From contig OZ316891.1 in NCBI GenBank assembly GCA_973895155.1, positions 12,336,771 to 12,400,770 on the forward strand: DNA of 64,000 nucleotides. Direction: 5' to 3'. The DNA is from Marsupella aquatica. Its lineage: Eukaryota > Plantae > Marchantiophyta. Below the pieces are notes generated by a model. The model was not told where the DNA came from, ran no database searches, and saw only the letters and a list, made by a program, of their open reading frames with translations. Within the stretch, counting starts at the first letter, position 1, and each line of letters opens with the position of its first letter. The translations under genes and the position numbers were made by a program. Positions 35,647 through 49,454 of the stretch are shown here, piece after piece.

Positions 35647-38600
35647 TCAGAGCAATAATTGCACAATGCGATCATGTAGTATGCCTCCATTGGTAGCAAG
35701 TATGGAGCCTCCACTTAATGGAAGAGGTTTCCCATCCATGCCTGAAACGTATCCGCCAGCTTCCTGTGTCACAAGAGACAATACATCGTTAGTTACTTCA
35801 TTCCTCTGAAAATTGACATGATGGAGAATGTTGGGGATAATCAACATTTCACATGAAGCAAATTACTTGCGAGATTAAAAAGGTAAGGCACTGACCTCAA
35901 GAACCAATCGGGCAGCTGCGATATCCCATGGCTGCAAATGGACATGAATTATGAGCAAAAGTCTAGAGAAATGGCCAGACACGGTGGCAAGGGACAGAAA
36001 GACCTTCCAAGCATAGTACCACAAAAGCGTTGAAAAACAATTCAAGCCAATGCCCAAACCCAACGCCCAGACACCAAATCAGTTGTACTGTTTCTCTGGC
36101 CTAGGGCATTTGTAACGTAATCTTTAGATAAAAAAGGGGTATGCACCTTCAAATCACGTTCAAAGAAGCAACCAACTCGTCCTGCTGCAACGTAGCATAT
36201 GTGCAAGGCCTGCGGAACAGATTCGATAATCAATTAGACTTACGCAAATAGTACCGTGCTCACACATGTTTCCATCACCAATACAGTAGAGTTTTGCTTT
36301 TAGGCAAGGCAATTTCACCCAGCCTGCAAAGAAGTGGGTTGGATGCGAAACAGCATTAAGTTACTATCAAAACAAAGACTTTTATTTATCCCCAACAATC
36401 TTGAATTTGTCGATTAATATTCTCAAATATTTCAAGGCTCCTCAATTCATCGCCAAATTCTGCAATCTCTGCACAGACTGCGCACCTTACTGTGTGGCAG
36501 TGTACGAGTGATAATATAGTTGAATTTGTATTCCAAATAGATGCAACCCCAACGAGTTGAAAGGATGAACAATGATTTGAACGCTGAAGCAAGTTGAAAA
36601 ACTAGTAATGGCACAATGAATGAATCATTGTCACGGCCAAGCGGTTCAGAAGGAAGGCACTGATTGAAAGAGAACAGTCTTATCCATAAGCACTGCGGTA
36701 ATTATTTCACTTCTTCATTAAGCCCATAAACCAAATAGTCGAAGGTAAGAAAGTACCGCAGAACCCAAGGCCCTCACAGCACGACAGTGTGGTCCAACCT
36801 TGGTGATTGCTTCCAGCATTAGTAGTCTTCTCTCAGGCTGGACATACAACCGTTTGAACGGGACAATTAGCCACGAATCTATACTTAAATCCGGTTTGAA
36901 GAAAATGCTCTAATGCTCAATGTAACCTGAGGCGCTTTCAGGACGCTTTACAAAAGTTCCATCTAGTTGCGTTCCAGGCCGCCTATTCCAGCAAGCATGT
37001 GAAGGTGATTCTAGATAAATCAAACCCACGATTTGTAGGAAAAGTGTGAAATTAACCAGCACCTGTTGACAGCAAAGAACTATTGTCACAAAGGGAACAT
37101 ACCTTTGAAGTGAAGCCAAGGGTAACGATAGCATCCTCCAATTCTGTCTCATGAGGTATTACAGAAATTTTCTTGCCATTGAGAAAAGCACCTGCGAAGA
37201 AGATCCAACCATATTCAGGATATCAAGATTGCAGCTTCATTTTTAGACTGAAACGGTGCAAATTCGAAGAAGATTGCACCTGTGACTCAAAGAGGAACGA
37301 AGTTTTTACCATGGCCTTTGGTTGCCTGAAAAAGTTCATCAATGAAGGGATTGTAAATGATTCCGACTTCCGTGTCACTTCCCCGAGCCACCGCGATTGA
37401 GACAGAAGCAAATGGTAGTCCTCCAATCTGCACTAAAGAAACATGTTCAGTTCCTCTCCGTGGGATCATCTTCTTTACCATCTGTATGTTCTTTACCCAG
37501 AATTGACGAACGGGTTGCCATAAAATCCACTGAAGAGTAAGACGTGAAAATACAAAGAAGAAAATCCACTCAATTCAGTGATGTAGAGAATTATCTGGGA
37601 TCCTCGATCGTTAGAAAGAATCGTTTCTTATCCACGAAAATCCTGGAACTTACAAAATTCAGTGTGCCATCAATCGGATCCACAATCCAGGTCCATTCAG
37701 AACTGCATGGGCCATCCTCGAGCCTTTCTAATTCAGAAGCGGTGACAGTTTCCTCGCCGAGCCAGCGATGTTTGGGGAAAGCAGCCTGAAACCGAGATAA
37801 CAGAGCTTAGACATCCACAACAAAGAAAGTTACCAAGGACCACCAGGTATGCTTCATGATATGAGACCATCCAAACGATGATTTTACCGCATGATTAACA
37901 TTTCATCATATTCTCTTTGTACAACCCATGCTAGTATGAGCACGAATTAGAGGCGAAAGCAAGTTTTCTGCCATGGTCTCCGGATAGGATCACCAAACCA
38001 ATTGAAAGTGTGAAGCTACTAAGGTGGCCTTCATGGAGCCATTTCCTTAGTATACCAAGTCTCAAACAATCACCATCTCCAAAAGTGAGTTACCAATACT
38101 ACCTTAAGAGGAAATAACGTAACGGCATGTTCACTTTCTGTAAGAAACAAGGCTTGAATACCATTAATTGGCATAACCCGAAATTCTTATGAAAAAGAGA
38201 AGGCCGTCAAAAAATGAAAGTTAAACCTCCGATTGTTGACCACCAAATGGGTGATAGGGCAGAGTAGGGCGTCTCAAGTATCATAAAGTAGATTACCTTG
38301 ACTTCAGTCTGGATAAACTTTTCGCAAGCACGGTCAACCTCTGTGACCAAATCGGACCTTGATGATTTAGAATCAACCTGCCCAATTCAACCCCTGCAGG
38401 CATCCATCACTTCCTTGGCTGCTGTCCAGCCTTCCAATGCACACAGAAGATCTCTAGCTTCAACTTAACCAGATCATCCTGGCCTAACTAGATAACTGTA
38501 ACCCGTCTGAGTTTCAATTAGAACCGACTAGTAGAGGCAGACACTCCAGACGACAGAATCAGTCGAAAATGTTCCAGTCAGGTACTGCAGACTTCCTGAG

Positions 38601-39411
38601 TTTCACGTGACTATAATCACAGTGATTGAAAGATCTGGTGCCACATAGTCAGCGAAGGGACCCAATTCTATTTCACAGGCCCTAAAATTTGAACCACTCC
38701 GCGTCATGAAAAAGGGCACAGCAAATCACGATCGAAGCGACGGGTACCTGCAAGGCACGTCCAGACTTCTCTTGGATGATGGCACCTGCCTACACAGAAA
38801 CCAATTTCGACAGTAAATTTAGCTGGCAAAAATGTCTACGGTGGTTTGCAGTTTTCTTGTACAATGCATCACACAGTGTTGCCGGGAAATTTTAACGAAC
38901 CTCGATTTCTTTAAGAATAGTTGAACCAATTAATTAAGGAATCCACAAAAATGAAAATGCCACGAAAGAGACATGAATTGAAGAATATCATCATGACTAG
39001 ACGTATAATGATTCTGGTCTTACCTTCCAAGAGAATCGTTTCAAAAAAGTCTATGTAACTGCACAATTCACGAAATTCATACGGGGTGGCTGACGCATCC
39101 TCATGCCAAGGGAAAGAGACCGCAGAGACGAAGGGATCACGGGACCCAGCAGGCATTACACTAACTGTTCGACGTACCTGTCGAGCCAACCGCAGCGCCA
39201 GCGTTTCCACTTCCTTCACTTCTGCACTATAATCCAGCATGACAGTACCCTGCACCGCTCGAATGCCCACCAATTGCCTCCTCAAGCCCCTTCCAACCTT
39301 CTTCTTGGACACCACTGCCGTCGTCGGCTTCCTGACGAGCACTCGACCAACAGAATGCCATGATGAGGAGCTCACACTCACACCGGCCGGTAGGACCATC
39401 ACCTGCATCAT
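35647..39411 (-). CDS. Inositol monophosphatase family (IMPase/SuhB-like) protein with putative plastid transit peptide; about 10 exons
   Basis: Spliced peptide includes DLVTEVDRACE, LGEE, WIVDPIDGTLNF, YNP, GAFLNG, RALGSAALHICYVAAG, PWDIAAA and EAGG. Exon 1 (39178-39411) is Ser/Arg/Val-rich; last exon 35647-35763. Confidence 0.88.
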
Positions 39412-39957
39412 TGTTACAACGTGGTCGGGAGAATTGCTCCCCTGTTGTAAGGAATTCAACTTCTTGAACCAGAAGACAACGGATGCAATTATAAATCCGT
39501 TTGTCTACAACAGCAGGGATTCTCACGCAAGTGTCTCACCGCCATGAAATTGAATTGATGTGGGAGGACAGTTCGTGGGGCTATCCACAGTGCACAGTGT
39601 TACAGCCAAGGTTGAGCTGGGAGCCGCAAGTGATACTCGAGCGGACTGAATGGCGGAAACAAGTCGGTTCCTGGCCTGGCAATCCGAGCTCATCATCATT
39701 CTGTGGCCGAGGTCGGGCACGGGGAAAATTGGAGTAGCTTCTTTCTCGCTTCTCAACTTAGAGGATGAAGGTCACTTGGTTCCCTTTTATGAGATTAGAG
39801 CCCAATGCCATATTATTAGAGCCCAATGCCAATGCCATTAGAGCCCAATGCCATATTATGAGATCCCCATGATACATGATGAAATTTTTGAAGCTGCTAT
39901 AATGGTGAATGCACATTTCAGATTTTGTCTTATTCAGATTTTTGTGTCATGTATTTG

Positions 39958-40191
39958 CATTTCAATCGGCCTTATCAAGGGGCAGCCTTTGTATTCTATA
40001 CATTTTTAATTAATTTTTAGACCCCTTTAGTTTTAGGTATTCTAGAGTGTTTTGAACTTATTTTGGCAGCCCTTCATTTCAATCTGCCTTATCAAGGGGT
40101 AGCCTTTGTATTCTATACATTTTAAATTAAATTTTTAGACCCTTTTAGTTTAAGGTAGTCTAGAGTGTTTTGAACTTATTTTGGCAGCCCC
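39958..40191. repeat. ~117-bp tandem duplication near a cluster of ATTAGAGCCCAATGCC motifs
   Basis: CATTTCAATC.GCCTTATCAAGGGG...TTATTTTGGCAGCCC occurs twice. TAGAGCCCAATG motifs lie at 39795-39850, ~40543 and ~40989. Confidence 0.8.
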
Positions 40192-43100
40192 CTTTTGTGT
40201 TTTCTTAGAGATGAAACCAAAGGTTCCAACACCACTAGTGAGAGAAATGATGCTGAAGAACATGAATGCATAGCCTCTTAAGTTCTCCTCATGTTTTTCT
40301 TTCCTAGATTTATGGTTTTTATTGAAAGGAGTGTCATTCATAAGGCACCCTGAGTTAAGTGCACACATCGTAGCATAGTTTGATTGTACCTTTTCTTGGT
40401 CATTGTGCTTTTCTTGGCAGACACTTTACTTATATAACAGCACTTCTATGCTCCCATATCTTATTTACTTTCAGATCACTACAAAACAAAAAATAAAGCA
40501 TGTTCCAGGATGAGCATGCTATATATGAGATCCCCATGCCATTAGAGCCCAATGCCATATTAGGGGTTTAAAAGCCCGGCCTTAATAAGATAAGGCCCTC
40601 CCATAACTCAAGTATTACAGGAAACTCCCTTAAAATTCATGGGAGCCTATCTTCGGCTACCACAAAGAAAGCCCACTGGCTCAAGACTTAACCCATAACT
40701 TTCCTGCAACTATCTGGAAATGCAGAAATCCAAGACTCCGGAAAGCTGTGCGACGGAAGGCAAGTGGACTTTGTGCCTGCTGTGGTGATGGCTGCTGCAT
40801 TTGAGGTGGCAACTGATCAAGAATGAAGGAAAATGAGATATGCTGAGACAGAGGTGAGGCCGTAACTCCTTGCTTACGGGGTGGATCAATGCTATCTCCC
40901 CACATTTTCTAGGTCACATAACCAGAGTTACAGGATGAACCACAAATCTGTAACTTTCAGTAACAACCCAACCTTTGAGATGCCCTACTAGAGCCCAATG
41001 GAGGAGAGAAAAATGCAAGTGAGACAAGGAAATTGTTGAGGCATCTTATTTGACGTTGTGACCATGCGGCCGTTGCAATCATGGTGTAACTACAGCCATG
41101 TGATCAACGTACGTTTGTTATATGGTTGTTGTATTAAAAATGACCGCCCGGGGCAAATGCAAAATAGGTGATGGCAGCCAAGGCAGACCCAATTACACAA
41201 CTCTAGGTGGAGTGTGACATTTCATTCCTTAACTACTTTTGAATCTTCCTTGATCAACTTTAACTTCAAACTGTCACTAGGGAAAAACCTTCTTGACATC
41301 CAAACCTTTCTTTCTTTGCTCACCACAACTTTAATAGTCCCATCTTTGCACTTTAAGCAAAAAAGTATTTTATCCATTGCATGGAGTTTCCTAGATCCAG
41401 AGCAAAAATTAATATGAAGACAATGGCAAAATGGAAGCATGTTGTCAGCTATGATTGAGAAGAACACGTGGAGTCTACACTTTTCAAATTAATCCCAATC
41501 AGACAAAGCTGTCTACAGTAGTTGTTCTCACATGTATTAAACTATGCTTGTAGTTGCATTTGCTTGACCTCTTGATCTCGCAAAAGTGCCATATTGAGAG
41601 TGGCAATTAAAGGTGAGAAGGGTTCGTTAACAAGCTAATCAATTAATGCCCTAGTTAGTGATCACCCTGCCGCTGCTTCCGAACATCATTGTAGTACTGT
41701 AGATAGTTTGCGATGTTTGGGTGCACTTGGATTTCCTTGGACCTTGAAGCAGTGCAATATAGTTACAGATTTTTATTCATAAACCTAGTTTGAGAGTGTG
41801 ACATACATGAATCAAATTAGAGGTTATTGATTGGTTGAGGGAATTTGGATAAAGCATGGGACTGCCATGATCGGGGCTATTAGTTGGACTTGAAGTATTT
41901 GGATTGAATAATTGAATTAGGAATTGTACAAAGGATGGAGCTTGATTAGGAGATATGCCTTGGATTACAAGCATTTTGGATCGAAGTAGGGCAGTTGGAT
42001 TAGGGAGAGTATGGGTAAGGCATGGGACGTAACTATGTAGCATGCCATGACTAGGAGATATGCCTTGGATTAGAAGTATTTGGATTGAATTAGGGGTTAC
42101 TTACTGATTGCGTTCATTTAGAGATTTCCTGTAGAGCATGGATATTATGGGGGGGGGAATGGGGTTCAAATAAACATCATCAAAGTTTACATTTTAGATC
42201 CATGAGGGCGAAAGCAAAGATTCAGTGAGGCTTAGTGAAACCTTGTTTTTCTTTTTCATTTTTGCTGACTTGAATACTCCATATAATGCTTTCCCCCAAA
42301 AGAACTTGCTGCCAGGCTCTTTGTTACTTTTTCTTGGGGGGTGGTTGTGGTCCAAAGCCCTGACTATGTATCCTTACGAGAATTCCGTGCCTTTTGGTTT
42401 GGATGAAAAATTCATAGCAACGCACTTGCATTTTTTCAATTGGGGTGAAAAGGACGGGCAACCAAGCCCCAAACCTTGGCTCATTCAACTGGAAGCTAGT
42501 TTGAGGCCTGGGGCATAACTTTATTTCATTTCTAGATAAGGCCTGAAGCAAACCCTTAGGTCACTCGGTGGGCCAAAACGTCAGAACTTTCTTTGATGGG
42601 AGATGGTCTTATCTGGGTTCCTGTGCAAAGGGTTTAGGGTTTTAAATTCCCAAATGTGCAAGAAGTAATTTGCATGACAAGCGTGGATGCAAAAGCTCAC
42701 AAGGTCTCATATTCATCAGTGTAGAGGGCATCAAGCATGTTTCATCAACATCTGTCATGTGTCTTCTACAGATAATTAGGAAGAGACTGGCGTACTATCT
42801 GTCACATACCATGGCCTTTGCAGAAATGCTCAGAAGTACATTGAGAATCATAACGGATGCTAGGGAAGATGATCTAATCAGCAAGAGGAGGGAATTTGGG
42901 CTGTGACTTTAGTAGAACAAGAGGACAAAGGCACTCAAGCTCTGTGGAAATAGTCCTACGGTTGTCTGGCCGCTGCTCCAAACCATTCAGCCTGGAGCGG
43001 TTGCTATTGGCATCCGAATGATCAGAGATTTTCAATGAAGAAATAACCTCCAATCATCGATGCCTTGTGGGCGGTTAAGACAATCAAGTCTAGAAATCCA

Positions 43101-43864
43101 GATAGAAACCTTCTACTAGTACCTTGACGCGAAATCAAAATGCAAAAATAGATCTATGACATACTGTCATCAGTCATCAAACTGCCACAAAAATATGTAC
43201 TTTGGTACTGTTACACTTGTTTCATCTCCTATATCTAAATGACTCTTTAAATGAAAACACTCTAGGACCCACCACCATATTCTCTTCAGCGAGTTCAAAG
43301 GTAATAATAGAAGGATCATACGCATCTACTACTGACACACTGCCTGATTAAGTGGCGCTTTTAATAACCTTCTTACGGTAATGAAAATGGGAGAGAGAAT
43401 CTCTGAACTTATCCAATCCTCTGAAATCTTATTAAAAACTGAGAGTATTTTTCACCCAGACACCTAGGTTACCACAGGAACAGAACTAGAACGGGGATGG
43501 CAGAGGGGAGACCTCGAAATGTCAAACGGCTTCAGAAATCTTGATAAGCTGCCTTTACAGAGGGCCTAATCTAAGTTCGCAGGAAAAGCAGAACTAAAAA
43601 TTCTGTACAAATTTTCCAACCAGAAGTTGAACTGCCTGGCTTATTAAATTCTTTGGAAATCTACAAGTGCTGGCTATACAGGCTCCAATGTGAGGGAGGA
43701 GACCACTACTCTTGCTCTTCGCCTCCTTGGCATGTGTGCTTTCTCCAAGCTTAGAAAACCACACAATCGCTAAGCAAGAACCTCAGCTACTCTATCTGGT
43801 ATTTGGAAGAGAGAGAATCAATAGATTGAAGACATAGTTTACCAAATTTTGGTTCTCAATTGGT

Positions 43865-45584
43865 TTAAGCGTTCAATTTCAAACCATAAAACTTGGAGGC
43901 GATGAAGACTGCTACGACTCCAGCTAGAGCAGAAAAATTTGTTAATCTTGCTACCCAGGCCGAGTGAGCGGGGAAGCCAGAGGGAATTGGCCATTCTAAT
44001 GGCTTTGGTAAGGTCTCGTCGAATCGTGCATACATGCAACGGTCCTCCTTCAACTTCACACTTGTACCAGTGGCCTTGTCTCCTCCACTACAATAGATTA
44101 ATACGTGAGGTAGGGAGATGTTCACGACAGAATAAGTCTCTCTGCTTAGAGGCTGCGACATACACCGGGACAGAAGCATAATATTAACAAGCGGATGGCC
44201 AACAAAGGATAATGAGACAGACAGGAAACTCATAAACTGCAAAACGGCTACAGTAGTTATCCGGAAACCTTGACAAAGTAGAGATATTCCAAGAGAAAAT
44301 GAACATACCGGGTACCGAGCATGTAAGGGCATAATAACTTCTGATCGGTAAAGCACTTCCAAACCGTTTCTCTTGTCTGGTACTAACCTCTGATGAAGCT
44401 CCACGATGGACTGAAACGAATTCCTTGCAGGTCGCTCAAGGTCCACATCGCCATAGATTTGGGCATATTTCACGGCTGAACCATAGAGAAAACATGCTTA
44501 CCATCAGTCTACAGCTCTTAGATCTCTTCCGCAAAACTGCTTTCCATTGTGGGGCCAATCTCAATATATCATGACTAAAATTTGCAAACCGTAGCATACA
44601 TATAAAGAGGACACTAGAAACTGATAACCAACGAGACCAGTGCAGAAAATCCTCAAGCTGGATAATTCAGCCAACCGGCATCCCGAGGATTTCTCATCCG
44701 TGCTCAAAGGCAATGGTACCCAACTCCCAGAACGGGATTCAATCTTATAGACAACGATGAACTATACTACGGTGTCCAGTCCAGCTGGGATCCATGACCG
44801 GTAACGTTGCATAGAGATGAAGGTTTGATTTAGTAATATCCTTCAAGATAGACAAACAACTGTCACTGACCATATCCATTCGGCCGACTCAAGGTACGTT
44901 GACCCTTAGAACTGCAGAACTATTAGAACTCCATACTAATCGCACAAAAGACTAAGGGTCTCTGTAAACCCTAGACACTCTTTTCTTCTTGTATATTGTC
45001 TGTCCCATACCACTCTTAGAGAAATAAAACATCACTTAAGTCAAATGTTTGTCTCTTGCTACCAAAGAACCATGACGGAGCAATACAAAGTCATTGGATC
45101 CTTCTATGACAAAATTGATCATAGATGCAGAAGGGTGGTCAGTCCTCGTACCTTTTTGCTGCTGTAAGCGATTCAACTGGAAAGGATCCGCGAACACTCC
45201 ATTGGAGAGGGGTTCTAGGAGCACCAAATCACAGTTATCGGAAATAGACGTTTCCGGTAAATCAAGCCCTAAATCTAGCTCCACGGCGAATGCTGAACGG
45301 ACTTCACGATGGGCTCCACTGCCCAATAAGCTCCGCTCCAGGCCGTGCAGTAAAGCCCTGGGTGGATTCTTCTCTGTGGCTGCCAATGCTGACATGACTG
45401 CGGGAGGCATTAGGTGCAGGTCTTCCACGGCCGACTCGGCCGGGAGGAAACGTCCCAGTTGGCACAAATCCTCCGCCCCAATTACTTCGCCCTTGACAAC
45501 CTTCTTGTTCCTGTTAGGGCCCATGGAAATAGTCGCCAGGATCAAAACAATGGCTGTTGCGCGTCCGAACATTCTTATCGCCAT
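43865..45584 (-). CDS. PIGX: GPI mannosyltransferase I accessory subunit PIG-X/PBN1
   Basis: Exons 45152-45584, 44309-44475 and 43865-44152. N-terminal hydrophobic signal, C.LVLLE.L..GVFADPFQL, GDVDLE.P, MPLHARYP and a C-terminal transmembrane segment. Confidence 0.88.
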
Positions 45585-46256
45585 TTGTGGCCGCTGCTCA
45601 CAGGCAGTCAGCTCGTGTTGGTGTTTCCTGTGTCAATTCAATTGAGCTCCCGTGGGCTGCACTTCTTTCGTGTACTACTCTACTGCAGTCGAGTTGCCTC
45701 TCCGACCATGCGCCAGTACTAGCTACCTGCAATCAGCGAACCCTAAACCCAAAAAGCATTTCTCGAAACTCTCAAAGAGCGCTTGCTAATGCCTCCGATT
45801 GAGATCCACACCTGGGTTGCAGCCGTCTTCCGTTCAGAAACCGATCCGAGAACAGCACCGACGATCGTCGCTGAAACCGCGGCCATCTCCAGCATCACCA
45901 GCTGCGAAATTATATACGAGAGTCTCATCACCTGCTCTGCTCTGCTCTTCTTGGCCGAAAGCAAAATCATTCCTTCTGGAAGCACATTCCGCCATTTTTG
46001 CTCCTTCGTGGAGCTAATAAGGTCGGGTTCCATGAGCAGGGAGTACGGGGTTAGGGCCTCCCTTCTCAACCCCTATTCCCTAGGTAACTAAAATCCTTCG
46101 TGAATTTTCCCTGTGTATGTGTGTACAAATGGACATTACCCCTGGTGAAACCACGGAACCTGTGTGTACAAGGTTATGAGATCTTTTGTATGTGTTTTGT
46201 ATGTGTGTACAAGGTTATGAGACATTATCCTTGGTGAAACCACAGAATCTCCAGGT

Positions 46257-46458
46257 CAACCTGGTCTGGGGATTATGAAATTTGAATGAGAAATAGAGTA
46301 TAATGCGAGTGACCACCAGTGACAAACCTGGTCTGGGGATTATGAAATTTGAATGAGAAATAGAGTATAATGCAAGTGACCACCAGTGACAAACCTGATC
46401 TGGGGATTATGAAATTTGAATGAAAAATAGAGTATAATGCAAGTGACCACCAGTGACA
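46257..46458. repeat. ~67-bp tandem repeat, three copies
   Basis: AACCTGGTCTGGGGATTATGAAATTTGAATGAGAAATAGAGTATAATGC.AGTGACCACCAGTGAC repeated. Confidence 0.9.
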
Positions 46459-49454
46459 GATCAGCTTTTTCATATGAAAAAGGGAACTGAATGTTGTGTA
46501 AAATTAGCTCATGCTTTATGCTTGGTAAATCATCCCCACTTGGGAATAATGGCTGTAACCCCCTCGGGCTCAGTGTCCTTGGGGATTACAGCCCATTACC
46601 CCCTCTTGGGGATGGGTTACCCTACACGTAGTCAAGGTGATTTATACGGGTTTTCCTTTAGGCCAGGGGGCAAATCTCACATGTCAGCTTATGTCACGGA
46701 GAAGAAGCTAAGAATATTTGGGATCTACTTTTCATAAATTAATTTTTATCTTTTCATCTTACTAGATTTAAGGATAAGCACCAGATTGTGGCAAATGAGG
46801 TGTTTGTAGCTCAGTGGGAACTGGCTAATAAAGAACAAAAGTTTGGCTGATTATTCTCTTGTTTTCATCTTATATTTCAAAAATAGTATACATTGGAAAG
46901 TCAGTGTTCACATCACCCATGAAGAACCATGACACCTTTTACGCCTTCACTTGTTGACACGTACAATTCTCATTTCCAAACAGTTTCTAGCAACAAATTT
47001 CAACATTCAATGTCTCCCTTGATATCCAAGTGTATTGGATATTCTTGGGCTTGCTAGGGGCTGTCTGGGAAGATAATTTCCAATGAATTTAGTATCTCTA
47101 GTTTTCATGAGGAACTGAGAGAGCTATGAGTCTATAAAGATTACTCTATCAATCACTGTCCACCCTTTGCACTTTCCTAATGTATCTCCCTTGATGTCCA
47201 ATGGAATCTTATTTTGTTTGGTTCCTAGAGACAAATTGAAAAAGAGTAACTGCAAAAACTCCAGAGAGCGTGCTTAACTCACTAAAACTCTTACACTGTT
47301 CATTGTAATTGGTCTTATCTTGGAATTCGTGCTTGTCCCCAATTAATGTTAGTAACCCTTTAAGAGTTAAGCAGGTTTGAAGAGAAAATAACACTAGTCA
47401 GGGTGGGATTTTTTGTCCAAGACTACTTTGGGTTGGGACTTCTTGAACAAAAAGCACTTCACATTTGTCAAGTTCTACTCATGATTTGTGCTGCCATTAT
47501 TTGGCAAGTAGTGTCGCCCTTGTGAGGTTCCGGTCCCTAGATGTCAAAGGTGAGGGAGCAATGTTTGTATGTGTGCATTGGAACACTCCAATGCTTGAAT
47601 GAAATATGGGCCCTTTGATTGTTTCAAATGATTTTGATTGGGGGCTAAGCTAGTAACTCTGCAAAGAGTGTTATGCGCAAACTGAATTTGTATTCCCCTT
47701 ACTCTCCAAATAGTTATTTGCACAAACAGAATAAGCAATACACTAATGTTACTTAATGCGTGACTGCATATATTATTAGTGCTTGTCCATAATTGACATT
47801 GGTTGTCATCTCTATTTACTTTCAAGGAACGGGTGATCAGGCTAATGAAACTTCATTTGCAGATCCACAAGAAGTTGGGAAGTGACATACCTGAATCCCC
47901 TTCATGATTATTCTCTTTTGATGGGAGAACAATGCACATTCCATATATAGCACGTGAATCCTGTAAATGATTATTGCATATAGGATTGAAAAGGAGAAGT
48001 ACAGCACATCAAGAACTGTAATACAATGTTCTGCCTTTTATGCAATGGTACGTCTTTAGAATTTGCAGGGCCCCAAAAGTAAAGAATCTGACCAGAGAGA
48101 ATGAATCAACCAAAAAAATTACATTTAATGTGAAGGAAAGAGTGACAAGTTTTCCAAGCAATAAATAAAGGAGAAGTGTCAAAAAATACAATGCTCATCC
48201 AGGAACATATCTCAGTTTTTGGTTGTGATGTGTCAACATTGAGTGGGATAAATACAAGAGTACACCATATAGGAAGAAAATATTTTAAACTGAATACCCT
48301 TTGTTGGTTTTCTCTTTGTAATTTTCAGGGCATTGTTCGCCATTTATCAGTAAGGTGAACCTCGAGCATAAGACATGTGAATGCCCCTCAAAGCGCGAAT
48401 TAAAGGGTGAATAATATTGCGACTGTTCATACAAATGTCTCGTTAGAAAACTCCATAACGCTTAGCGTCGATATCGCTCGAAGGTCGGGGAGAAAGAGAA
48501 GGCTAGAGGAAATTAGCGACATCATCCGACATTTCAATATTCATTGCCATGAATTCGACTCATCTTATGTCCGCATAAATGGTGTCGATGACATTCGTGC
48601 TTGATTGCAATTTTCACGGCCAACAACAAAGTGTAATTCTGTGCCTATTTCGAAGTTTCATGCTCCTTTAGATCTGGAAATTCCGTGCGGATTCTGATTA
48701 TGGCATACCTTCCGTTCATAATAAGGGTTCTTCTTTCTTCGTGAAACGGTGTCTGCCAACGGGAAATTGTGAAGATTGGATGATTTGAACGGAAAAATCG
48801 TGGAGATTGGATGATTTGGAAGTGGCTGATGCACAGGCAGGGCACATCGCCTAAAACCTTGGCTGGCAGGCGCACTATGGAATCTGCTCACTATCCCGGC
48901 GAGGCTGCATTATATTGTCATGGAATCGAATAATTGTTATTTCTGTTCATTCCATTCCTTCGATTACAAAATATATATGAGTGACAAAGGCATGAAAATT
49001 GTGCTTACTCGGGAGAAGCAACATCAATGAACTCTCGGAGAGTCTCGGACAGAGATTGAACATTTGTCCCTTTGTAACGAAAATCCAGTGCCTATGCTTT
49101 GTATACTAGAAACAGAGCAAAATCGTGTGTAGCGTATGCCGTGGTGTATTTTGCCTGCTCTCTTGTACACTTCGTTTTATAGGGTTCACCGATTATTTGA
49201 TCGGGCTATGATATCCAGTATCTGGAGAGGCTTTGGACCTCGACGTGAACACATGAAGGGCATGGCAACCCTAGTACACCTTTAACACCGTATGACCATT
49301 TCATCGCTGACAGGCTCTGTCAGTATCATGCTGGATCGCTCGATCCATGGGCATTTTGTTGAAGCAAGTTTACTCCATGTCTACGAAAACACTCTGAGTA
49401 GTTGTTTGAATCTCCAGAAACACCGAGACATATGGTTCTAGGGCGACCACGTCG

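Noticed and set aside
45743-46091. Overlapping ~100-aa ORFs upstream of PIG-X
   Set aside because: No recognisable family or motif; more likely promoter or 5' leader sequence (a telo-box-like AACCCTAAA lies at ~45739).
47890-47962. Isolated exon-like segment on the minus strand (TTACAG...CAG/GTATGT)
   Set aside because: Splice signals look good, but no neighbouring exons or recognisable peptide could be linked to it.
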